A stretch of DNA of 39,935 nucleotides from an uncultured Candidatus Saccharibacteria bacterium. Its GTDB lineage: Bacteria; Patescibacteriota; Minisyncoccia; Phycocordibacterales; EsbW-18. The notes under the pieces were generated by a model. That model searched no databases. It was not told the DNA's origin and saw only the letters and a list, made by a program, of their open reading frames with translations. This document shows positions 11,464 through 18,402 of this stretch, piece after piece. The DNA lies in contig CAZSMD010000002.1 of the NCBI GenBank assembly GCA_964608145.1, positions 1 to 39,935 of the forward strand. The letters are read 5' to 3'. Position 1 is the first letter of the stretch; the number at the start of each line of letters is the position of its first letter. A program made the position numbers and the translations under genes.

Positions 11464-11948
11464 CTTTTCCCTTTCATTTTATTGTATCGCAGATACACCT
11501 TTTGAAAATAGGTAGGAATAAAGGGAAGATATCTCTTAAAGACAGCTCTCGGCAAAGTCTGAATCGATTGAACTTTTTTGCGACAGTTTGATTCCCCACA
11601 GCGACAGCTTAGCGTCCAAAACCTGTCTTCCTCCGTTGTCGAGTAATCGAATACAATTTCTTCACCCTTAGAAATTTTTTTCATTGCCTTTAGCGTCACT
11701 GAACCACGTATCCCCGCGTTAGGATTACAGGAGTGATTAAGAAATGAAGCGGGTGAAACCGGGTCAATCCAGTGATGTCGCTTAATGCCGACCCAGTGGG
11801 GACCTATCTTTGAATCTTTTTGTGAATGAATAACTAGCCGAACAGGTTTCCCCTTTATTAAGAAAATTGTTTCTCCTTTTTTAATGTCTCGTGCAGCGTG
11901 TACGCCTCTCCCGTGTACTCGACTATTAGTTATGTAGACCTTCTGCAT
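11460..11948 (-). CDS. SET-domain protein (putative protein lysine methyltransferase) with a post-SET Cys cluster
   Basis: Motifs present: GRGVHAARDIKKGETI, NHSCNPN, GEEIVFDY and CRCGESNCRK. I prefer the ATG at 11948 (MQKVYITN) over the track's TTG at 12005, which would overlap the upstream gene by 50 nt. Confidence 0.85.
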   Translation of the reverse strand: MQKVYITNSRVHGRGVHAARDIKKGETIFLIKGKPVRLVIHSQKDSKIGPHWVGIKRHHWIDPVSPASFLNHSCNPNAGIRGSVTLKAMKKISKGEEIVFDYSTTEEDRFWTLSCRCGESNCRKKVQSIQTLPRAVFKRYLPFIPTYFQKVYLRYNKMKGKR

Positions 11949-11955
11949 ACAGATT

Positions 11956-12531
11956 TTAAAGATTTTTTTTCTTTCTAAAAAGAAGTGCGAGAACAACACC
12001 GTCAATCACCGCTGCATAGACCGGATACACGGCAATAGCAAAAATCCATTTTTCCACCGCAAAAAGATTGAGGAAATTGCCAATTCCCGTGAGTGACCAC
12101 GCAAGACGGTCTTCTTCCTGCGGGTTATAGTATGTCTTGAAGACAGTTGGAATAACTGCAAGAAAATCTATTGAAAGGCTTGCAACCAAAGCAACGAGAG
12201 CAGAACCGGAAATTCCCCAGAGAACAAGGCTTACCAATGAGCCGATGATTGCAAATTTATCAATCGGGGTCCAACCCCCGACACCGTATTTTATTGAAAG
12301 TATGGCAATTGCGAGAGGACCTATCACTTCACCAAGCGGTACCCATATTGTATCTTCGGCACCGGACAAGAAGTAACTAAAGCCAATAATGATGCCCAGT
12401 GCAGACCAAATCCACCATGTAGTCCGGCTTGGCTTCGTAAAACCACGGACTATGGCGATGATGTAGATGATGTAGGCTAAGAAAGCAACTATTCCAGCCA
12501 AGACTCCGAGAATGGCGTGTATGTCAGGCAT
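11956..12531 (-). CDS. six-TM integral membrane protein, function unknown
   Basis: 191 aa, strongly hydrophobic with about 6 helices. It is the first gene of the tightly packed run 12531 to 9630. I recognise no family motif. Confidence 0.6.
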   Translation of the reverse strand: MPDIHAILGVLAGIVAFLAYIIYIIAIVRGFTKPSRTTWWIWSALGIIIGFSYFLSGAEDTIWVPLGEVIGPLAIAILSIKYGVGGWTPIDKFAIIGSLVSLVLWGISGSALVALVASLSIDFLAVIPTVFKTYYNPQEEDRLAWSLTGIGNFLNLFAVEKWIFAIAVYPVYAAVIDGVVLALLFRKKKNL

Positions 12532-12595
12532 GATTGTTCCGATTGGCTATCAACATTAAAAGTATAACACGCATTCGGACCTTCGGACGATTTTG

Positions 12596-12666
12596 TGCGG
12601 GTACCGGGAATCGAACCCGGGTCTCAACCTTGGGAAGGTCGCATTCTGCCACTAAACCATACCCGC
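12596..12666 (-). tRNA. tRNA-Gly (anticodon CCC)
   Basis: The minus strand reads GCGGGTATGGTTTAGTGGCAGAATGCGACCTTCCCAAGGTTGAGACCCGGGTTCGATTCCCGGTACCCGCA. It folds into a cloverleaf with a 7-bp acceptor stem, anticodon loop TTCCCAA and T-loop TTCGATT. CCA is not encoded. Confidence 0.9.
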
Positions 12667-12771
12667 AAGAGAGGAACAGACTGGGCGAACGTGTTCGTTC
12701 GGACTTGTTCCGAACGCCGCGGCTATATGCCTACATATACCCGCAAGAGAAGAGCAGACCGGACGTGGTTG

Positions 12772-13149
12772 CTACCGAACAAAAAACTCTTTTATCTTAT
12801 CCCAAAAACCTTCTCCCCTTTCCTCCTCTTCCTCGTGAGTATCTTCGTCATCGACGAGAACCACGATTTCTTCTCCCTCTTTGGCAACGCCATACCGGTC
12901 CCGAACCGCCTCCTCAAAACCCGCCTCAGTTTTCAAACTCTCGATGTCAGCCGAGAGGGCAAGCGCGCGCAGAGAGAGTTCGCCATGAGAGGCCTTCGCC
13001 TGTTCAAGCATTTCCCGGGAAAGCCGTTCTTTCTCGTAAATACCCCACGTCTTATACCCGACAAAAAGAACAATCACAGCGAGGACGCCGATGGTTAGCC
13101 GGGAGTAGAGAAACCTGCGAACCCGTTGTTTATAACGAAAATCCTCCAT
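12772..13149 (-). CDS. septum formation initiator family protein (FtsB/DivIC-like)
   Basis: 125 aa. One N-terminal TM helix is followed by a coiled coil, then the family-typical EEAVRDRYGVAKEGEEIVVL motif and an acidic tail. Confidence 0.55.
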   Translation of the reverse strand: MEDFRYKQRVRRFLYSRLTIGVLAVIVLFVGYKTWGIYEKERLSREMLEQAKASHGELSLRALALSADIESLKTEAGFEEAVRDRYGVAKEGEEIVVLVDDEDTHEEEEERGEGFWDKIKEFFVR

Positions 13150-13201
13150 GCGTTCCTAGTATATCCCAGCAAGCGGCTCTGTGGTACACTGCTTTGTATC
13201 T

Positions 13202-13309
13202 ATGCTGTTCAACAAGAAAACACAGAAGGCAGCCAAGGTGATTTGGGTCGTTATCTGCGTCCTCGTCATCATCAGCATGGTCCTTCTCTACATGCCGTCA
13301 CTGCGCTAG
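13202..13309 (+). CDS. 35-aa small membrane protein (hypothetical)
   Basis: An ATG ORF outside the track reads MLFNKKTQKAAKVIWVVICVLVIISMVLLYMPSLR: a basic N-terminus plus one TM helix. Its stop overlaps the lepA stop in convergent orientation. Confidence 0.35.
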   Translation: MLFNKKTQKAAKVIWVVICVLVIISMVLLYMPSLR

Positions 13310-15105
13310 CGCTTGACCATCTCCATAAAGACCTCGTGCGGAATGTTTACCTTCCCCCGTTCGAGCATCTTTTTCTTTCCCTTTTTCTGCTTCTCGAGCA
13401 GTTTCATTTTTCGCGTAATATCGCCGCCATAGAGGTACCCCGTCACATCCTTGCGAAGCGCCTTGAGGCTATCGGATGCAATAATCCGTCCTTTTGCGCG
13501 CGCTTGGATCTTAGTAACAAAGAGCTGGCGCGGGAGAATACTGTGAAGTTTTTCAACCGCCTTGCGCGCTTCTTCTTCGAGCACGCGGGCCGAGACAACG
13601 CGGGAAAACGCCGGGACCATCTCATCTGCAACAAGCAAATCAAGGCGGACCACATCCGCATCGCGGAACGCCCCGAGTTCGTATGACATAGAAGCATACC
13701 CGGCCGAGACGCTCTTCACCGCGTCAAAAAAACCGCGCATGAGTTCACGTAACGGCATTGTGAGCGAAATTGACATGCGCCCGTCACCGAATGTTTTGGA
13801 ATCTTCTATAGTCGCTTCGTGTTCATAGAGAAGCTGCATAAGCGGGCTCACATAGTCAGGCGGAGTCAGCAGGTGCACCGATACCCACGGTTCACGAACA
13901 CGAACGACGCTCCCATCATCAGGAAACATGGACGGCGAGTAAATCATTTCTGTCTTTCCGTTTTTGTAGGTAACCTCGTATGTAATCGACGGCGTAGTCA
14001 CAATAAGCGCGAGGTTCGACTCACGCTTCAGCCGTTCCGTGACAATCTCAAGGTGCAGCATGCCGAGAAAACCGCAGCGAAATCCCCTACCAAGAGTTCC
14101 TGAGGATTCTTCCTCATAGGACAGGGACGAGTCGGAAAGCCGCAGGCGGTCAAGCGCCTGGCGCACAAAAAGGAAATCGTCCTGGCTTTCAGGAAACACA
14201 CTCGCCCACACAACCGGTTGCGGCTGGCGGTATCCGGGAAGTTCCGCCGCCTTGTCACGGGCATACGTCACCGTATCACCGACAGAGGCAATACCGGGTT
14301 TTTTGATGCCGGTAACGATATAGCCGATCTCCCCCGCCCCGAGAGATTCAGCAGGCCGTTCATCAGGGTTAAAAATTCCAATCTCTCCGGAAATAAACTC
14401 CTCGCCCGCAGCAAGAAAGACGAGGCGTTCGCGCGGCGTAAGGCGGCCGCTCATGACACGTGTGTGGATGATAATTCCGCGGTGGTTTGAGTAGGTAAAA
14501 TCAAACACCAGCGCCTGCAATTTATCGTTATGCACGTCGGCCGGCGGCGGAACGCGCTCAATAACAGCCGCAAGCAAATCGAGAACCCCCTCGCCTGTCT
14601 TTCCGGAGACACGGAGCACGTCCTCGGGGCTGCAGTTAATGATTTCGGTAATTTCCTCAATAGCGTCGTCGACGCGCGCAAGCGGAGAATCTATTTTTGA
14701 GACAACGGGAATAATCGTAAGGCCCTGCTCTTCGGCCATCGCAAGCGTTGTGAGCGTCTGAGCCTGAACCCCCTGTGTTGCGTCAACAAGCAAGATTGCG
14801 CCCTCTACAGCCTTCAGAGCCCGAGATACCTCGTATGAGAAATCAATATGACCGGGCGTATCGATAAGGTTAAGCGAGTACGGACTTCCCTGGTGGGAAA
14901 AACGCATCGTGACCGGCGCCATTTTGATAGTAATACCGCGCTCACGTTCGAGGTCCATAGAATCGAGCACCTGTTCCTTCATTTTCCGTTTTTCAATCGT
15001 TCCGGTGAGCTCAAGCATTCTGTCGGCAAGCGTGGACTTGCCGTGGTCTATATGTGCAATAATGCTGAAATTTCGTATATGTCGTGCATCCATACGTTTC
15101 ACCAT
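13306..15105 (-). CDS. lepA: translation elongation factor 4 (LepA)
   Basis: G-domain motifs AHIDHGKST, DTPGH and SKID, plus a LepA-specific C-terminal domain. I trimmed the start to the ATG at 15105 (MVKRMDARHIRNFSIIAH). The track's start at 15237 would run through a terminator hairpin and into murJ. The ATG at 15093 is an alternative. Confidence 0.93.
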   Translation of the reverse strand: MVKRMDARHIRNFSIIAHIDHGKSTLADRMLELTGTIEKRKMKEQVLDSMDLERERGITIKMAPVTMRFSHQGSPYSLNLIDTPGHIDFSYEVSRALKAVEGAILLVDATQGVQAQTLTTLAMAEEQGLTIIPVVSKIDSPLARVDDAIEEITEIINCSPEDVLRVSGKTGEGVLDLLAAVIERVPPPADVHNDKLQALVFDFTYSNHRGIIIHTRVMSGRLTPRERLVFLAAGEEFISGEIGIFNPDERPAESLGAGEIGYIVTGIKKPGIASVGDTVTYARDKAAELPGYRQPQPVVWASVFPESQDDFLFVRQALDRLRLSDSSLSYEEESSGTLGRGFRCGFLGMLHLEIVTERLKRESNLALIVTTPSITYEVTYKNGKTEMIYSPSMFPDDGSVVRVREPWVSVHLLTPPDYVSPLMQLLYEHEATIEDSKTFGDGRMSISLTMPLRELMRGFFDAVKSVSAGYASMSYELGAFRDADVVRLDLLVADEMVPAFSRVVSARVLEEEARKAVEKLHSILPRQLFVTKIQARAKGRIIASDSLKALRKDVTGYLYGGDITRKMKLLEKQKKGKKKMLERGKVNIPHEVFMEMVKR

Positions 15106-15115
15106 CCTACCAGAG

Positions 15116-15138
15116 AAAAAGTCGCGGAGCGACTTTTT
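15116..15138 (-). terminator. rho-independent terminator downstream of murJ
   Basis: The minus strand reads AAAAAGTCGC-TCC-GCGACTTTTT, followed by CTCT. Confidence 0.5.
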
Positions 15139-15211
15139 CAAATCCCAAACCCCAATGTTCAACGTCCAAGAAAATTTGAATATTTGGCTTTGGTCATTGT
15201 CCGTTTCGGGC

Positions 15212-16894
15212 TCACAGTTCTTCCGTCTCGGGGACAATCGCCTGAGTTTTCCAGAACTTTGTGCGCAGAGATTCCGCGATTTCTCTGATTTCCAGATTGC
15301 CGAGAAGAAACAGCACTCCTGCTGCCGTTAGGATACCTCCGAGCCCTGCGATAAGTCCCTGACTGAATACGCGCGAGAAGGTCTCAAGACCGACAACGGG
15401 GTCAAAGACACGAAGCAAGAGGTACGCAGCAAACGCTGCGATGACCGAGGCCGAGAAACTTTGCCAAAGCGTCTTAAGAACAACCGCGGGAACATGGCCG
15501 CCAAAGTCACGGCGGAAGAAAAGCCAGAATGCAAATGCGTTTACAATCATGCCGAGCGAATATGCAAGGGGCAGCATGAGCACGGCGGTACCCGGGACGT
15601 CCTCTACGCGGAGGAGCGACTCGACAAAAAAACGAAACGGTTCTGAAGCTGCAAAGAGTTTTGTTCCGGCAAAGGCAAAAAGAACGATAAGGAGCGAAGA
15701 AGCGATGTTAATAAGGAGCGGACGCGTTGTTTTCCCTGAGGCGTAATACCCGCGGACAAACAGAAGCATGAGACTGTGTGCAACAAGCGAGACAATAAAG
15801 AGTGCAAGTGCGGCAGCGGTAAGACGTGTGTCCGACCAGTCAAACGCACCGGCACCAAGCAAGGTGCGGACAATGTGTGCGCGAAGCACGATAACGAGCG
15901 TAATAACAGGAAACGACCAGAACAGCACGTGGCGCACAGCGGTCAGCATGTGGCTCAGAAACGCCTCCCGATCACCATTTGAAAAAAGACTTGCAAGCGT
16001 CGGAAATGCCGCGACTGAATACGAAACACCGATGATGGAAAGCGGAGCGAGTTGCAGGTTTGACGCAAAATTGAAAACCGTAATCGAGCCCTCCGGCATG
16101 AGTGAGGCAAAACCGACAAGCGCCAGGAGTGCCGCCTGGTTGAGTGCAAGCGTCACCGTACGCGGAACAGACACGGCGACCAAAGAACGGATTTCGCTCC
16201 AATCGAACAAAAACCGTACACGCGGCATGAGCTGCTCATGCACTACCGCGGGAACCTGCACACCGACGTGAAGCAGTGAGCCGAGAATCACACCAAGGAC
16301 AATACCCGGCATGCCGAGCACCGGATAGAAAAAGACAACACCGATGATGATGCCGAGGTTGTATACGACCGGCGAAAGTGCATAGACGGAAAAACGTTGT
16401 GTCAGCTGGGTTACGCTTGCAAGGATGTTAGAAAAACCGAGCAAAAGCGGAGAAAACAGGAGTATGCGGGTCAAAAAAACAAGTGTCTCGTGGGCTTCCC
16501 CGGAAAATCCGGGATACAAGAGCTGCGAGAGCCACGGGATACAGAACCAGAGAACGGCGACGACAACACACATGAACAGCGTAAATAACGTCGCGACACT
16601 GGAAAGAAAATCGCGCGCGGATGTCGTGTCCTCTCCGTTGAGTTTTCTCGACAAAAACGGTATCAGCACAAACAGGGAAACCAACGAGGCAACACCGGCA
16701 AAAACGAGGTCAGGAATACGGAAGGCGGCGTAGTAGATATCAAGCTCGGCTCCCGCACCAAAGAACGACGCCAGCATGCGGTCACGAAAAAGCCCCAGAA
16801 TCTGGGAAAGGAGGGCAAAAACGGCGATGATGTACGCCGCCTCATGCAACCCGGTTACCTTATCTTTCAGGAATGAAATAATTCGCCGTACCAT
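15212..16894 (-). CDS. murJ: lipid II flippase MurJ
   Basis: 560 aa with about 14 TM helices. The N-terminal signature AAYIIAVFALLSQILGLFRDRMLASFFGAGAELDIYYAAFRIPD is typical of MurJ/MviN. Confidence 0.9.
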   Translation of the reverse strand: MVRRIISFLKDKVTGLHEAAYIIAVFALLSQILGLFRDRMLASFFGAGAELDIYYAAFRIPDLVFAGVASLVSLFVLIPFLSRKLNGEDTTSARDFLSSVATLFTLFMCVVVAVLWFCIPWLSQLLYPGFSGEAHETLVFLTRILLFSPLLLGFSNILASVTQLTQRFSVYALSPVVYNLGIIIGVVFFYPVLGMPGIVLGVILGSLLHVGVQVPAVVHEQLMPRVRFLFDWSEIRSLVAVSVPRTVTLALNQAALLALVGFASLMPEGSITVFNFASNLQLAPLSIIGVSYSVAAFPTLASLFSNGDREAFLSHMLTAVRHVLFWSFPVITLVIVLRAHIVRTLLGAGAFDWSDTRLTAAALALFIVSLVAHSLMLLFVRGYYASGKTTRPLLINIASSLLIVLFAFAGTKLFAASEPFRFFVESLLRVEDVPGTAVLMLPLAYSLGMIVNAFAFWLFFRRDFGGHVPAVVLKTLWQSFSASVIAAFAAYLLLRVFDPVVGLETFSRVFSQGLIAGLGGILTAAGVLFLLGNLEIREIAESLRTKFWKTQAIVPETEEL

Positions 16895-16935
16895 ACCAAC
16901 CCACCCATAATAGCAAGGTGTTTCGCCTTTGCTAC

Positions 16936-16963
16936 TTGCAAAAACCTTGACTTACTATATAAT
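16936..16963 (+). promoter_or_regulatory. sigma-70-like promoter for the RNase P RNA
   Basis: TTGCAA (16936-16941), a 16-nt spacer, then TATAAT (16958-16963). This puts the transcription start near the 5' strand of helix P1. Confidence 0.5.
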
Positions 16964-16969
16964 ACATGG

Positions 16970-17335
16970 TGCTTGTATCAGGCAGTTGCGCCAGTTCTTT
17001 CACAAGATATTGGTGAGGAAAGTCCGAACATGCCTCTCGCCTTGCGAGAGAGGACGGTAGTGGGTAACACCCATCGCACGCAAGTGTAGAGGTGCGAACA
17101 GAGACGTGCGGATGCGAAAGCAAACGCATATCCAGTTTCTGGATAAGCTCCCGCGGTAACACGGGAGGTGAAACGGCAAAATCCTTACCCGCATGCAAGA
17201 CCGTATTCCGGTGCTTCGCACTGGTCTGAGTCGCTTGACCGCGTGGGTAATCACGCGGCTAGATAAATAACTGCCGTCTGTCTCATACACGGAGACAGAT
17301 ACAGAATTCGGCTTACCGATACAAGTCGTAATCAC
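16970..17335 (+). ncRNA. rnpB: RNase P RNA, bacterial type A
   Basis: The universally conserved P4 strands are present: GAGGAAAGTCCG (17015-17026) and ACAGAATTCGGCTTAC (17301-17316). P1 pairs CTTGTATC (16972-16979) with GATACAAG (17318-17325). The ~365-nt length fits, and the RNA is flanked by a promoter and a terminator. The ends are approximate. Confidence 0.85.
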
Positions 17336-17361
17336 AAAAACCCCGTTCAACCGGGGTTTTT
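17336..17361. terminator. bidirectional rho-independent terminator (rnpB and nrdB)
   Basis: AAAAA-CCCCG-TTCAAC-CGGGG-TTTTT. Confidence 0.6.
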
Positions 17362-17383
17362 GTGCGCATGAGTAACCAAACGG

Positions 17384-18391
17384 TTACCACTCAAGCTGTC
17401 CTCCTGTCTTATACTCAGAAACGCGCGTTTCAAAGAAATTTTTTTCCTTGCGCGCATCCATAATTTCACTCATCCAAGGAAACGGGTTTTTTGTGTTGTA
17501 TTGCACAGGGAGACCGATGCGCTCGAGGCGGCGGTCAGCGATATGTTCAAGATATTCTTCGATACTTCCGGGCGTCAGTCCCATGATGCCTTTCGGCAAG
17601 GCCTCGCGTGCGTACTGTTTTTCAAGATCAACCGCACGTTTAATCTTAGTGACAAGGTCATTCTTGAATTCTTCCGTCCAGATTTCAGGGTTTTCCTCAA
17701 CGATAGTGTTGATAAGATCCGAACCAAACGCGAGATGCACCGTTTCGTCACGTAGAATGAACTGGAACTGTTCCCCTACCCCGACCATTTTATTTTGGCG
17801 AAGCAGGGATAGCATCATTGCGAAACCGGCATAAAAGAAAATGCCTTCCATGATGACGTAATAGCCGACGAGGTCGTGTACAAAACGCTGAATATTTTCC
17901 TTTCCTTCCGTCACGAATCCCGTGTCAAAAACAGACTTTGTAAACTCAATGACGAAGTCGTCTTTTTCCTTAATCGACGGAATGGTGAGATACATGTTGT
18001 AAATCTCTTCAGGGTCAAGGCCGAGCGTGTCACAACAGTAGATGAAGGTATCCGTGTGCACCGCTTCTTCATACGCCTGGCGTAAAAGATACTGGCGGCA
18101 CTCCGGATTGGTAATGTGCCGGTAAATTGCGAGCACAATATTGTTCGCAGTAAGCGACTCCGCCGTCGAGAAAAAACCGAGGTTATACGTAATCATGCGG
18201 CGCTCATCTTCAGTCAGCGCCCCCGGCCCTTGCTTCTTCCACAATTCGACATCGAGTTGCATGGATACTTCCTCGGGCACCCAGTTGTTCGCGACACCGT
18301 TCTTGTAATGCTGGCGCGCCCAGGGGTACTTGAGCGGAAGAATTTTGTTCGGGTCTACGTTCGATGCATTGAGAATTTGTTTTTTTGACAT
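17384..18391 (-). CDS. nrdB: ribonucleotide reductase class I beta subunit (NrdB/R2)
   Basis: Ferritin-like di-iron ligands are present (EEAVHTDTF ... RDETVHLAF). The gene lies directly downstream of nrdA. I prefer the ATG at 18391 (MSKKQ) to the track's GTG at 18412, which overlaps nrdA. Confidence 0.9.
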   Translation of the reverse strand: MSKKQILNASNVDPNKILPLKYPWARQHYKNGVANNWVPEEVSMQLDVELWKKQGPGALTEDERRMITYNLGFFSTAESLTANNIVLAIYRHITNPECRQYLLRQAYEEAVHTDTFIYCCDTLGLDPEEIYNMYLTIPSIKEKDDFVIEFTKSVFDTGFVTEGKENIQRFVHDLVGYYVIMEGIFFYAGFAMMLSLLRQNKMVGVGEQFQFILRDETVHLAFGSDLINTIVEENPEIWTEEFKNDLVTKIKRAVDLEKQYAREALPKGIMGLTPGSIEEYLEHIADRRLERIGLPVQYNTKNPFPWMSEIMDARKEKNFFETRVSEYKTGGQLEW

Positions 18392-18402
18392 AGGTACAAC
18401 GA

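Noticed and set aside
12686-12697. CGAACGTGTTCG palindrome near tRNA-Gly, considered as a second LexA box.
   Set aside because: Its spacing is GAAC-N2-GTTC, not N4. It lies inside a hairpin between a gene end and a tRNA, not at a promoter.
12534-13241. A 235-aa plus-strand ORF, and 12595..13098 (167 aa).
   Set aside because: They read straight through tRNA-Gly and run antisense to the DivIC-like gene. The translations are Arg/Pro-rich.
15106-15237. N-terminal extensions offered by the ORF track for lepA (to 15237), and similarly for the matrixin (to 31113), infB (from 27565), the HtrA-like gene (to 26425), the SET gene (to 12005) and nrdB (to 18412).
   Set aside because: The extensions overlap neighbouring genes or terminators, several start at GTG or TTG, and they add non-homologous sequence ahead of conserved N-termini. 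Internal ATG starts fit better.
16932-17350. Track ORFs 16932..17198 and 17000..17350 on the minus strand (88 and 116 aa).
   Set aside because: They lie antisense to the RNase P RNA, which explains the whole interval. They have no coding signatures.
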